A stretch of DNA of 64,000 bases from an uncultured Nitrososphaerota archaeon (GCA_964416155.1 CAYQCW010000004.1:30658-94657); one strand, 5' to 3'. Positions 28,832 to 38,692 are shown, counted from the first letter of the stretch. Numbers and translations: made by a program. The notes: generated by a model from the letters alone, not told the origin.

Positions 28832-30129
28832 GGCTCCAGTCTGAACCTATCCCTTGGGTATAGCGTTGCTTCCCTGATGTTGTCGAGTCTAAGGATGCTC
28901 ATTAAAAGCCTTTCAAGACCTATTGCCCAGCCCGCGTGAGGAGGCATGCCGTATCCGAAAGTCTTCAAATGGTATGAGAAGTCGCTTGGGTTCAGGTTTT
29001 TCTCTATCAACTGGCTTACAAGCTTCTCCTTATTCTCCTCCCTCGTCCCCCCGGAGCCCAGCTCCAACGGGCCGTAGTTCAAGTCAAAGGATTGCGAAGT
29101 ACCGTCCTGGTTAACCTTTATGTAGAAAGGCTTGATTTTACTCGGCCAGTGGGTTATGAAGTAATACTCGTCCTTCAGCTCCTCAAGGTTCCTCAGCTCC
29201 TCGCTTCCAACGTCGTCTCCGAAACTTACTTGAACACCTTTCTCGTTAAGCATTGAAATAATCTCGTTATACTTGAATCTTTTCAGCGGGGTCTCTGGAA
29301 TTTTTATTTTCAAACCTAAATTTTCAAACTCATCCCTGCATTTTTCAACGATCTTCTCATGAACATACTTTATCATTTTCTCGCAGATAACCATAACGTC
29401 CTCCATATCCGCGAAAGCAACTTCAACATCTACTGAGGTAAACTCGTTCAGATGCTTTGTCGTGTTGAAGGGCTCAGCCCTGAAAAACGGGCCTATTTCA
29501 AAAACTCTTTCAAAGCCTATTACCATTTGCTCCTTGGAAAGCTGAGGGCTCTGGGCTAGGTAAGCTATCTTGTCGAAGTAAGGCAGTGGGAAGAGGGCTG
29601 CTCCACCCTCTGTTGCAGAAGCTATTATCCTAGGCGTGATTATTTCGACGAAATCGTTTTCATGGAAGAACCCTCTCAAAACCTCTAGAAGGACACTCTT
29701 GATTATGAAGATGCTTCTAACTCTTGGCCTGAAAACATCCAGGGGCCGCGCGTCCAGCCTAACGTCAAGACTGCTTTTAATCCTGTCAGTAGGGTCCAGT
29801 GGCAAGGGGTGTTCAGAAGCGTTTAAAATCTTTATTTCAACAGGATCTATTTCAAGCCCTCTGGGAGCCTGGGGTGTTCTCCTTACTCTTCCACTCACCT
29901 CTATCACGTCGTTAAGCTTTATGTTGTCAAGAGTGCTCTCAACACTAAGGTTGGATCTGCCCCTGACCCACGTTATCTGTATTCTGCCCCAACGGTCTGC
30001 TAGAACGATGAACTTGACTCCACCGAGGTCCCTCCTGTCGAGTGCCCAACCGTAGACTCTAACCGTCTTGCCCTCGTCTTCAAGCGTTATGTCAACGCTT
30101 CTCTTCCTTTCTCCAAACATTCTCATCAT
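28828..30129 (-). CDS. aspS: Archaeal-type aspartyl-tRNA synthetase
   Basis: OB fold, YLAQSPQL, FRAEP, GMPPHAGWAIGLER. Confidence 0.95.
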   Translation of the reverse strand: MMRMFGERKRSVDITLEDEGKTVRVYGWALDRRDLGGVKFIVLADRWGRIQITWVRGRSNLSVESTLDNIKLNDVIEVSGRVRRTPQAPRGLEIDPVEIKILNASEHPLPLDPTDRIKSSLDVRLDARPLDVFRPRVRSIFIIKSVLLEVLRGFFHENDFVEIITPRIIASATEGGAALFPLPYFDKIAYLAQSPQLSKEQMVIGFERVFEIGPFFRAEPFNTTKHLNEFTSVDVEVAFADMEDVMVICEKMIKYVHEKIVEKCRDEFENLGLKIKIPETPLKRFKYNEIISMLNEKGVQVSFGDDVGSEELRNLEELKDEYYFITHWPSKIKPFYIKVNQDGTSQSFDLNYGPLELGSGGTREENKEKLVSQLIEKNLNPSDFSYHLKTFGYGMPPHAGWAIGLERLLMSILRLDNIREATLYPRDRFRLEP

Positions 30130-30131
30130 CT

Positions 30132-30629
30132 TCAGGAAGTCTGAATCCTGACGTTAATACCCAATTTTTTAGCGAGTTTCTCGAGCTTCTGAACCTGCTT
30201 CTCATCCCGCTCTTTCCCCTCAACCATGATTTTAAACTCGGTAATATTACCTGGAAGCCACACCTTGCTTAAGCCAACTATTCTAAACGGGTATACTAGT
30301 TCCTCAAGCTTCCTCTTCTGATCCTTCCTGTAATCCACGACTGTTATTTTCTCAACGCCAGTATCCCTCATGATTCTCTCAACAATCTCCTTCCTATCCC
30401 TGAAAATCCTCACACCATCGTTATTGCTTAAAATAAGTAGGAAACCGTCTTCAACATGTGTCTTCTTAAACTCGATTTTTTCAAGCTCGCGGATCCTGCT
30501 GGCTTCCTCAAGCAGGATCCTTGATATTTTTAAGTCAAAATCACTATTCCTACCACTATCTATGAGCTCTCTGCATTTCTGACATAAGATTCCGCTTTTC
30601 ACACAGAAATCGCAGAAAGGTATTTTCAT
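30132..30629 (-). CDS. NusA-like protein with N-terminal Cys cluster
   Basis: IPFCDFCVKSGILCQKC followed by a KH-like region. Confidence 0.75.
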   Translation of the reverse strand: MKIPFCDFCVKSGILCQKCRELIDSGRNSDFDLKISRILLEEASRIRELEKIEFKKTHVEDGFLLILSNNDGVRIFRDRKEIVERIMRDTGVEKITVVDYRKDQKRKLEELVYPFRIVGLSKVWLPGNITEFKIMVEGKERDEKQVQKLEKLAKKLGINVRIQTS

Positions 30630-30726
30630 ATATGGTCTTGTGGGCTATTAAACTCTTTTTAAATCTTCCCTCTTTCCAAAGGCCGCGTAAACCTTTTAAA
30701 TACTAATTTGAAGCGTGATTTCTGGC

Positions 30727-30894
30727 ATGAAGATAGGCGACCCGGTGCTGATCGAGATCGTTAAGAAACGGAGACTGCGGTTCATGATATGCAGGAACTG
30801 CGGCGCTAGGAATGCTATTAATACGAAGAAGTGTAGGAAATGCCACAGTAAAAATTTAAGACCGAAGAGGACTGAGAGGAGAGCCAAGAAATAG
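30727..30894 (+). CDS. rpl40e: 50S ribosomal protein L40e (not in the ORF track)
   Basis: 55 aa, MKIGDP...ICRNCGARNAINTKKCRKCHSKNLRPK. Confidence 0.93.
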   Translation: MKIGDPVLIEIVKKRRLRFMICRNCGARNAINTKKCRKCHSKNLRPKRTERRAKK

Positions 30895-30937
30895 GGTGCA
30901 TAGAAAAGAATATAAAACGGGCGTTGAGTTTTTAACC

Positions 30938-31031
30938 GGGCCGGTCGTTCAGATGGTTAGGACGCCGCTCTCACACAGCGGAGGTCGCCGGTTCGAAAAA
31001 TAGGGATTAATCGGAAATCCGGCCCGGCCCA
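30938..31031 (+). tRNA. tRNA-Val(CAC) with a 20-nt intron in the T-loop (59/60)
   Basis: Anticodon loop CTCACAC; removing 30998-31017 restores GCCGG-TTCGAAT-CCGGC. Confidence 0.92.
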
Positions 31032-31046
31032 TGTTTTCCGCCTCTA

Positions 31047-32330
31047 TTAGATAGTGTAACTTTCTCCGAGCTCCGGGGCTGCTGCGTCAAGCCCGAGACG
31101 GTTTCTGGCGTATTCCGCCAATTTCTCGCAGTTATCTGAATCACCGTGGACTATGAAAGTTTTCTCAGCCTTAATCCTACCTATCAGTTCTTCAAGCTGA
31201 TCCTTCCCGCTGTGCGAGGAGAGTTCGAAATGCTTTACTTCAGCCTTGACCTTAGCCAGTTTCCCATCCACCGTCACTATTTTCCTCTCTAGGAGAAGCC
31301 TTCCAGGTGTTCCTTCAACCTGGTAGCTGACGAACGCTATTAGGTTTCTGCTTAATTTCCCAACCTCTTTAAGATAGAAGTTGACAGGGCCTCCTTGAAG
31401 CATACCGGCTGGCGTAACGATCACGCCGGGCCTCTTTAAAGCATCCTCCCTCTGCCTCTGGGTGGTTATCCATGTTACTTGCTTGGCTGCTTTCTCAAGC
31501 AGATTAGGGTTGGACAACCATTCTGGGAAATCAAAAAGTATCTCCGTCACAGTCCTAGCCATGCCGTCGTAATAGACGTTGTGGGGGAAACCGTGTTTAG
31601 CAAGTATTGTTATCGCTTCCTGCGACCTACCCAGTCCGAAGGCTGGGACAAGCGCTATGCCGCCTCTTTCAACAGTTTCACTAAGCTTTCTGACGAACTT
31701 CGCTTCAACCTCCTCCCTGGGAGGATGGTTCTTATTCGCGTAAGTGCTTTCAACAATCGCTATGTCGAGTGGAGGATAATCAGTGTAAGCCCCTTTCAGC
31801 AGGGTTGTTTCAATCGTGTTAATGTCTCCGGTGTAAAGCACCCTTTTTCCGTCAAGCTCGAGCAAAACCTGTCCTCCTCCAGGGGTATGGCCTGCTGACA
31901 GGAAGACAAGTTTAAAACCGTTTCGAGAGAACTCCTCCTGGTAACCAAGTTTTCTCGCCTTGCTTACGAACCTGTCTACTTCAAGAACTTCAAACGGAAC
32001 AGTTTCTTTCGACACCCTTATGAAGTCTAACAGTATCAGTTTAGCAAGCGGTGCTGTTAAACTTGTTAGGAAAGATTCTCTTCCCCCGCTTATGAAAAAT
32101 ATTGGGGCAGCTCCAACATGATCTAGATGGGCATGAGTTATGATTATGCCGTCTACTTCTCTGGGCGGGATATGCATTGGGTATTTAACCTGCCTCCCGG
32201 AAAGCATTACTCCAACGTCTAGGAGGAGGCGTTTCTCCCTGCCCGCTAGATAAACAGCGGATCTTCCTACTTCACGTACTCCGCCAAGAAATTTTATAAG
32301 CATGTTTCGATCCTCTTCACCGCTTTCCAC
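31047..32330 (-). CDS. Beta-CASP MBL-fold ribonuclease (aCPSF-like)
   Basis: FLGGVREVGRS, HAHLDHVG, AGHTPG, ESTYA, FELSSHS; real start probably ATG about 32303. Confidence 0.9.
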   Translation of the reverse strand: MESGEEDRNMLIKFLGGVREVGRSAVYLAGREKRLLLDVGVMLSGRQVKYPMHIPPREVDGIIITHAHLDHVGAAPIFFISGGRESFLTSLTAPLAKLILLDFIRVSKETVPFEVLEVDRFVSKARKLGYQEEFSRNGFKLVFLSAGHTPGGGQVLLELDGKRVLYTGDINTIETTLLKGAYTDYPPLDIAIVESTYANKNHPPREEVEAKFVRKLSETVERGGIALVPAFGLGRSQEAITILAKHGFPHNVYYDGMARTVTEILFDFPEWLSNPNLLEKAAKQVTWITTQRQREDALKRPGVIVTPAGMLQGGPVNFYLKEVGKLSRNLIAFVSYQVEGTPGRLLLERKIVTVDGKLAKVKAEVKHFELSSHSGKDQLEELIGRIKAEKTFIVHGDSDNCEKLAEYARNRLGLDAAAPELGESYTI

Positions 32331-32384
32331 CAGCCTTTTATTTAAAGTTTTAATAGGACACCAGCCTTTTCAGAGGGGAAAGGC

Positions 32385-33020
32385 TTGTTGGAGAAAGTTC
32401 TTAGAAAAGAGGATTGGACTGCGGACTGCATGCTGATATGTCTCCCCGGCATCGGGCTTGTAGGCTTATTGACTGGCGAGCTTCTCATTGAGTCGGCGGT
32501 TGAAAACATCCCCCTGCTAGAGCTTTATCCCGAGTCTCTCCTATACGTGTCGGTAACCTCTAGGGAAGGTTCCATAACTCTTCCGAAAATAACTGTCAAC
32601 AAAATCCGCACAGGGGAGTTTAGAGGCGTTATTATAGTCAGGGGAGCTTCTCAGCCTACAACTCAATTTGGCCAGTATGAGTTGGCTAGAAGGCTAGTGG
32701 ATGTTGCGGAAGAATCGGGGGTCAGGATCGTCATAGGTATAGGCGGGTACGCAATAACCCGTGTTGGCGAGAAAAGAAAAGTCTATATTTCTTCGACCAA
32801 CTGGAGGATTTCAATGCTGGGGGCCTCCCTCGGGTTCCTGCCTTTAAGAGGTACCGTGGTGGGGGCTGCTGGCCTAATACCTGGGCTTGCAAGCCTGCAT
32901 GGTTTGGATAGCGCGTGCATTCTCGTGGAGACTAATGGGGAGAGCCCCGACCTTGCTGCCGCTAAAACAGCGCAGAGTGGTGTCCTCAGCTTTCTTAAAA
33001 AATATTTTTCCGAGGATTAA
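32385..33020 (+). CDS. PAC2-family proteasome assembly chaperone-like protein
   Basis: LPGIGLVG, IGIGGY, GAAGLIPG, PDLAAAK. Confidence 0.85.
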   Translation: MLEKVLRKEDWTADCMLICLPGIGLVGLLTGELLIESAVENIPLLELYPESLLYVSVTSREGSITLPKITVNKIRTGEFRGVIIVRGASQPTTQFGQYELARRLVDVAEESGVRIVIGIGGYAITRVGEKRKVYISSTNWRISMLGASLGFLPLRGTVVGAAGLIPGLASLHGLDSACILVETNGESPDLAAAKTAQSGVLSFLKKYFSED

Positions 33021-33481
33021 GCAGGAGGAACCTGTTCTCTCTCTACGGAACTCTCCTTAATGAAATCATTATATATTTCGCTCACCTTCTCGGCGGCCAG
33101 CCCGCTTCCCTCTACAACACCATTCTCAGTAACCCTTATCCTGTTCATCACTATTATGACTCCAGCCTCCTCGTTGTACTGAACCATTTTCGGGAAGACT
33201 CTTTCTATTCTTTCAGCAAGCTTCCTTAAATCCAGTATCACTGTCCTCACTTCTATTCTCTTAACATCATTCCCGTTGAGTACCGCCTTAGGAATCTTCT
33301 TGCCTCCTTTCAACTCCACATCGTTCAAAATCACTGAAAAAGTATCAATATCTAGCGAAGCTAAAACCCCTAGGAGCTCCTCTCCGCCCTGAGTGACGAC
33401 TGCGACTTTCTTGCCTATTAAACGATTAATCTCTGTCATGAACCCTGTTCTCATCATTTTAACATCACTTTTACAGTACAC
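33017..33481 (-). CDS. Sm/Lsm protein with C-terminal extension (SmAP3-like)
   Basis: Sm1/Sm2 fold followed by DLRKLAERIERVFP...VIIVMNRIRVTENGV. Confidence 0.85.
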   Translation of the reverse strand: MYCKSDVKMMRTGFMTEINRLIGKKVAVVTQGGEELLGVLASLDIDTFSVILNDVELKGGKKIPKAVLNGNDVKRIEVRTVILDLRKLAERIERVFPKMVQYNEEAGVIIVMNRIRVTENGVVEGSGLAAEKVSEIYNDFIKESSVEREQVPPA

Positions 33482-33539
33482 TCCCTGTTTTTAATACTTT
33501 CTGAAGTATAGGGCTTATTCTAAAACATAGCTTTTTTTC

Positions 33540-34493
33540 ATGGCTACTTTTATTTCTCTACCAATAGTATTTCTAGAAATGAAGCAGGAAACTGTTCAAC
33601 CATTTGCCTCAGCCAAATGTCCAAACTGCAACTCCCAGCTGGTTAACTCGGAGAACGAGCTTGTCTGCAGCAAGTGTGGCCTAGTAGTCGACTTCCTAGA
33701 CAAGTACGTCGCATCCTACGATCAGGATCACGCGTTTCATGGAGACTCCTGCTACGGGAGTCTGATTGCGGAAAGCGGTTTCAAAAACGATGTCTCTAGG
33801 CTTCAGAGAAACATTTTCTACTCGGCCACTAGGAAGGAGAACGAGCTGAAATGGATAATAGACAAGGTCTGTAGCAATTTTCACCTGGGGCCTTCGATAA
33901 GATTGTTTTCACATAGTATTGGTTTAACACTGCTGCGTAATTCTAAAAGTAGAAAGATCAACTTGGCGGCAGTTGCAACATACTCCGTGGTCAGCGCAGC
34001 GAGGTCCTGCAGTTTAAACATAGTTCCACACTATAAGAAGATACAGGCGTACCTGTGCGGCATAGGTTTTAAAATCCGGCCGAGGGACCTTTTCAACGCG
34101 ATTTCTATTGCAAGGGAAGTTGGGATTGTGGAAGCAAAATACGATACTGGTAAAACAATCAACGAGATAATATCTCTGGTAATGAGGAATAATCGGAAGC
34201 TTCAGGCCCTCGCTGAAAGAGAAATGTTTCTAAACATTCTTAGGGCGGTGTCAATCAGGCTCTTCAACGATTTAAAATCTAAGCACTATTATTTTCATGG
34301 TAAAAACCCCATGATATGTTTAGCAGCCGCTGTCTACGCAGCTTCGAAGGAGGCTGCGGCTATGTTGAAAATCAAAAATCCTGTGACTCAGAGGGAGCTA
34401 GCTGGGTACGTGGGGTATGCTGAGTACAGCGTTAGAGAAACATATGAAGAGTTTTTCGGAAAAACTCTCAACCTGTTGAATCCTGCCGTTTAA
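33540..34493 (+). CDS. Divergent TFB/TFIIB paralog
   Basis: CPNC...LVCSKCGLVV ribbon; GKNPMICLAAAVY and VTQRELAGYVGYAEYSVR cyclin-repeat motifs. Confidence 0.8.
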   Translation: MATFISLPIVFLEMKQETVQPFASAKCPNCNSQLVNSENELVCSKCGLVVDFLDKYVASYDQDHAFHGDSCYGSLIAESGFKNDVSRLQRNIFYSATRKENELKWIIDKVCSNFHLGPSIRLFSHSIGLTLLRNSKSRKINLAAVATYSVVSAARSCSLNIVPHYKKIQAYLCGIGFKIRPRDLFNAISIAREVGIVEAKYDTGKTINEIISLVMRNNRKLQALAEREMFLNILRAVSIRLFNDLKSKHYYFHGKNPMICLAAAVYAASKEAAAMLKIKNPVTQRELAGYVGYAEYSVRETYEEFFGKTLNLLNPAV

Positions 34494-34917
34494 CCGTGTT
34501 GTGAACACGTTCGAATACGAAGAAGCCTTCAGAATCGCTCACGCGGAGCCTGCACGCGATTTCTACTGAAAACTCTTCCTCACGGGTTTCAATAGTATAG
34601 TCAAACTGGACAATTATTTCAAACTCTTTGAAACATTCTTCATGAAGATTTTCCGTTTTGAAACGTTCCATCTTGTCCATCAGGTTTTTCTTAAACTCGG
34701 AGAAATTGCCTCGGGAAGAACCCATGCTTACTTCCGCAATGTTTTCCACGCTGTTGAAAATATCTTTTGCCAAAGAATCGGCTAAAAGGAGCCTCGCCCT
34801 CTGTTTTAAAAAGCCTACTAGAAGGATGCTTCCTGATTGAACCGTCAGGTTCACTATCAACAATGACACCATGATGATTGTCGAGCCGACTATAGGTATC
34901 ATCCATGTTTTAATCAT
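34468..34917 (-). CDS. Single N-terminal TM protein, minor pilin/Tad accessory-like
   Basis: One hydrophobic N-terminal helix; last gene of a coupled minus-strand run. Confidence 0.55.
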   Translation of the reverse strand: MIKTWMIPIVGSTIIMVSLLIVNLTVQSGSILLVGFLKQRARLLLADSLAKDIFNSVENIAEVSMGSSRGNFSEFKKNLMDKMERFKTENLHEECFKEFEIIVQFDYTIETREEEFSVEIACRLRVSDSEGFFVFERVHNTVKRQDSTG

Positions 34918-35297
34918 TTTTCAACACTCACCACTATACACACGGTATCTTCGCTGCTGACTCTGATTATTCGAACAAGTCTAGTGCACTGTTCCCAAGG
35001 ATTATTCGAGGCCTGCTTGTTCTCCACCACTATTCTTCCATTCTTCTTACTCAGAAGCTCTATTTTGCTCCACTCAACCCTGTTAGAGCTCAGGATACTG
35101 ATGACTTCGCGGAGCAGGGCTTCAGAATCAGCCAGGTTTCGAGGAGGAATCTTCGCGAGGCTGCTCTCTAAAGCCAAGTCTGTTCTCATCGTTTCTATTT
35201 TTTCAAACAGGGTTCTGATGCTTTGCGAGACGGTTATTATCGGTATTAACAGGAGAGTGCTTAGGACGATTGCAATAATGCCCTCTAAAAACTGCAT
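34914..35297 (-). CDS. Pilin-like protein without a leader
   Basis: Starts MQFLEGIIAIVL (Glu at +5) followed by a TM helix. Confidence 0.55.
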   Translation of the reverse strand: MQFLEGIIAIVLSTLLLIPIITVSQSIRTLFEKIETMRTDLALESSLAKIPPRNLADSEALLREVISILSSNRVEWSKIELLSKKNGRIVVENKQASNNPWEQCTRLVRIIRVSSEDTVCIVVSVEK

Positions 35298-35303
35298 TCT
35301 TCT

Positions 35304-35435
35304 TCACACTTGCTCGGCCAACCAGGTTAGTGTGGAAACATTATTTAAGGTGAGAAGAACAGCCAACGCTAGTTCTAAGACTAGCAGAAAAATCAGGAAT
35401 GATGAAGCTAGGAAATCTAGAAGCTTGTCGCTCAT
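35304..35435 (-). CDS. 43-aa hydrophobic protein (not in the ORF track)
   Basis: MSDKLLDFLASSFLIFLLVLELALAVLLTLNNVSTLTWLAEQV; ATG overlaps the upstream stop. Confidence 0.5.
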   Translation of the reverse strand: MSDKLLDFLASSFLIFLLVLELALAVLLTLNNVSTLTWLAEQV

Positions 35436-35812
35436 CGTTTGGTTAAAACAAACCCGTTCTCCGATGTTTTAACAGAGTATGCTCCACCCGGCTCTAAAGA
35501 CACGTTGTTAAACCTGTATTTCCAGGTCCCGTGGAAGACTCGAATCCCATGAATCACGATAGAGTATTCATTATCCTTAAGCAGGATCGTATAGTTGAAC
35601 AAGAGTGTTCTTGGAATAGATAGTGTGAATTCCCCCCCATACTCTGCTGAAAGATCAGCATGTTTCCCTATTAAAAACAGGATGCTGTTAAAAACATTGT
35701 TTAAGCAAACTGTTCTAACAGTATTTGCGGCGTAGAGCAGTGTAAAGCTTGCCGTGAGTGTTAAAGATATCCAGAGAGCGTCTTTCAAATGTTCCTCGAG
35801 AATCTCGTTCAA
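35432..35812 (-). CDS. Single-TM pilin-like protein
   Basis: MNEILEE...WISLTLTASFTLLYAA followed by a beta-rich domain. Confidence 0.55.
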   Translation of the reverse strand: MNEILEEHLKDALWISLTLTASFTLLYAANTVRTVCLNNVFNSILFLIGKHADLSAEYGGEFTLSIPRTLLFNYTILLKDNEYSIVIHGIRVFHGTWKYRFNNVSLEPGGAYSVKTSENGFVLTKR

Positions 35813-35823
35813 GCTGTTTCACC

Positions 35824-35967
35824 CTAGCCTGCAGCAAGCAGTTTAGCCACGCTTTCATAAATCTGCTTAAGCAGGGGTATCACTCGCTCCGATAAGTAGG
35901 CTAAGCCTAGCCCAAGGAGTACTGTAGAAAGCAGTATTAGCAAGGTTTTCTCAAGCAGGCTGCTCAA
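35824..35967 (-). CDS. 47-aa Flp-like small pilin candidate (not in the ORF track)
   Basis: GGAGGG SD then TTG; MSSLLEKTLLILLSTVLLGLGLAYLSERVIPLLKQIYESVAKLLAAG. Confidence 0.55.
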   Translation of the reverse strand: MSSLLEKTLLILLSTVLLGLGLAYLSERVIPLLKQIYESVAKLLAAG

Positions 35968-36212
35968 AGGTATCCCTCCTCTTGAGCCGTTCAGCCTCCG
36001 CGTGCATTTTTAACCCCGAGTTATACCAGGGTCACGAGCCTTATAACCGCCAACGGGTCAGTATTGGTGAATAAATAGGTTTTCCACCATTCTGGTTTGT
36101 AAATGATCTTTCAAGACGACCTGCTGGTTAACGCAATACTTCAGGAGATAGAGGATTTAAAGGTTAGCATAGGGAAGTTGAACACTAGAATTTTAAATCT
36201 TGAGAAGAAGTA

Positions 36213-38129
36213 TTGGGAGTTGAGCGAGCTCGTAAAGGTTGCTCCAAAATGAGCAGTGTCCAACAGGATTCTCTACATGCTGGTTTTGAAAGTAAATGGG
36301 TTTTGGACAGTAGAGGTAAAACCTTGTATCTGTCATACCCGGAATCCCAGGAAACGGATCCGTGGCTTATCTGCGACATTATGCATAAGCTCACGTATTT
36401 CAAGCCGGAGAGAATACTGGTGTGTGCTAAAGGGCGTTTGCTAGAAGTCCGGGAGCAATATGTTGAACTGTTAAAGGATTTCTCTAGAGGGGTTGAAAAG
36501 GAGAAGGAGGAGCTTTACAAAAGACTTTTGGAGAAACATGATGAGAATATCCTTGATTTGAAAACTGCTCGAGGAATGCTTTCCATCAGGCCATTCTATG
36601 GGATCGTATATTCTCAGCAGTTACTGCGATTTCCAGTATCCGTTGAACTTTTCTCTGAACGCAGTCTTCAAGAATTTGAAATGGCTTTTCAAGGCTCGCG
36701 GCAGGCTGAACACAGCTACGTGCTTGGCCACTTGTTGTACTGTGTGAATGCTAAAGACGGTTCCTACAGGGTTTTTTTCAAGTCTGACGATTACTTCTGG
36801 GTTGAAAAGGAGCTTTCAAAAATTCTGCGCCTCGCCTACTCTAAGAGAATGCTTAGAACCGGGAGGCTTAAAGACATATTTAGCTACAGGTTTAAAGCCG
36901 GCTTAAGGTTTCTGAAGGTTTTAACGCAGGTGGAGGCGGGGGAGCCGGCAAGCTCCATAGTTAGGCATGCCGTATACTCTTCCATAGGCTTGTCGAAAAT
37001 ATATCCCTTGTTGAATGATAGCGGTGTTCAGTGTTTCTTCCTAGACGATGTTGGGAAGAGGGTTTACGTTAACCATGCCCGTTTCGGAAGGCTTAGTACA
37101 AACCTCGTGTTTAAAGAAAGGGATTTTGAAAGCCTCGTGTCACTCGTGAAAAGAGAGTCCGGCCTAAACCTGGATTACTCTAACCCCTCGATTAAAACCG
37201 CTATTGTCTTCGACAGGGTTTTGACAAGGGTGTCAATAGATGTTCCTCCCCTAGCTTTGGGAAAAGGCGTATTAGATGTGCGGAAACACGTGACTAACGT
37301 GCTTCACCTAAGGGACCTTTTAGAATCAGGATATTTTTCAGTTGAGTCTGCAGCGTTCCTAATCTTCGCCATTCTCAACCGTGCCAACATATCTATCGTG
37401 GGGGAGCCGAATTCTGGGAAAACTTCTCTTCTGAACTTTCTAAGCTACTTCGCTCCCTCATGGTGGCGTATAGTGCATGTTGAGGATGCTCTTGAAACGC
37501 TTCCCCCAAGGGTTTTCGACCAGCATAGAGTAGTGTACGTTGTGGAGCCGTTTGAAACCAAGGGGGGAAGCAACACTAAGACACTTGAAATAATTAAGGC
37601 GCTTCACAGGACTCCCTCCTACCTTATACTGGGGGAGGTTCAAACCGAGAGTCATGTTAAGGCAATGTTCCGCGCTGTCTCAGCCGGCCTGAGAATAATG
37701 CATACTGCGCACGCCGCTTCCAGCAAGGGCTTCGTTAAAAGGCTTTTAGACGTTTACAATATTCCTAGAATACTGCTTTCGGAGCTTGATCTGCTAATCG
37801 TCATGAAGAAGCTTGAAGCAAATAATTTTGTTAAACGGTTTATGGGGGAAATTGCTGTGATAGATGGAGATTCGAGTCTCACCGAAATATTTTCGAGGCA
37901 TACTGTTACGGATGAGTTGTGCTGCTACCCTGGACTGGAGGTCTCAGGATTCTTCGGGAAACTGGCTGGTTTAAGCTGCATCGATGAGAAAAATCTTTAC
38001 GGAGAGTATGAAGCTATCTTGAAAGTGGTTGAGGAGAACCGTTTTTCAGATAATTTCACCGTTAAAAGGCTTGTCCAAAAAATCCATGTGGGAATGCTTG
38101 GGAAGATTGGAGGGGGTTTTCAAAGATGA
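36213..38129 (+). CDS. Type IV pilus/Tad assembly ATPase (VirB11/CpaF family)
   Basis: GEPNSGKT, Asp box VEDALE, LILGEVQ, His box MHTAHA. Confidence 0.9.
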   Translation: MGVERARKGCSKMSSVQQDSLHAGFESKWVLDSRGKTLYLSYPESQETDPWLICDIMHKLTYFKPERILVCAKGRLLEVREQYVELLKDFSRGVEKEKEELYKRLLEKHDENILDLKTARGMLSIRPFYGIVYSQQLLRFPVSVELFSERSLQEFEMAFQGSRQAEHSYVLGHLLYCVNAKDGSYRVFFKSDDYFWVEKELSKILRLAYSKRMLRTGRLKDIFSYRFKAGLRFLKVLTQVEAGEPASSIVRHAVYSSIGLSKIYPLLNDSGVQCFFLDDVGKRVYVNHARFGRLSTNLVFKERDFESLVSLVKRESGLNLDYSNPSIKTAIVFDRVLTRVSIDVPPLALGKGVLDVRKHVTNVLHLRDLLESGYFSVESAAFLIFAILNRANISIVGEPNSGKTSLLNFLSYFAPSWWRIVHVEDALETLPPRVFDQHRVVYVVEPFETKGGSNTKTLEIIKALHRTPSYLILGEVQTESHVKAMFRAVSAGLRIMHTAHAASSKGFVKRLLDVYNIPRILLSELDLLIVMKKLEANNFVKRFMGEIAVIDGDSSLTEIFSRHTVTDELCCYPGLEVSGFFGKLAGLSCIDEKNLYGEYEAILKVVEENRFSDNFTVKRLVQKIHVGMLGKIGGGFQR

Positions 38130-38692
38130 TCTTGCGAGGGCTTTTAAGGAAAATTTTTAACGATGAGGATAAGCATTCCTATGAAGTAACAACTCCGATC
38201 GTGGCTGAAATAATAGTGGCCCAATCCGCATATAACAACCTTTACAGAACTATTCGCGACGTTTCAAGTAAAGACTATGAGGTTTTTTCCACAGCCCTTT
38301 TTCATTGTCTGGAACAGAGTCTGAACGGTGCGGATATTCAGAGAATGTTGAACAAGGCTCTCCGGAAACACCCGGATCTGCTGAACGCGATTACTCATGT
38401 GGTTCAAAACACTCCTAGGCAGAGAGTCGATCCGGAGGAGACTCTAATGCTGTTCAGAATCCTTGAGTCGAAAGCCAGGATGAAATACCGTGAGTACACG
38501 TTGAAGCTTAACTCCATGGTTTCCCTATTCTTCTTCTACGTGTTTCTCGTTCCAACACCGATAATATTGGCCTCTGGGTTTTCACCCGAGGCTTCAATCA
38601 TCATGTTCTCCGGGTTTTTCATCATAAGCATGATGGTATTCAGAATCTTTTTCAACAAGATCGGAAGGGTTAGGAGTGTCCTGCTGGGTTGA
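38126..38692 (+). CDS. TadB/TadC-like platform membrane protein
   Basis: Cytoplasmic helical domain plus two C-terminal TMs; coupled to the ATPase. Confidence 0.55.
   Translation: MILRGLLRKIFNDEDKHSYEVTTPIVAEIIVAQSAYNNLYRTIRDVSSKDYEVFSTALFHCLEQSLNGADIQRMLNKALRKHPDLLNAITHVVQNTPRQRVDPEETLMLFRILESKARMKYREYTLKLNSMVSLFFFYVFLVPTPIILASGFSPEASIIMFSGFFIISMMVFRIFFNKIGRVRSVLLG

Noticed and set aside
35297-35306. In-frame TGA between the 43-aa and 127-aa ORFs as possible readthrough or Sec
   Set aside because: Each ORF has its own plausible start; no SECIS-like or other support.
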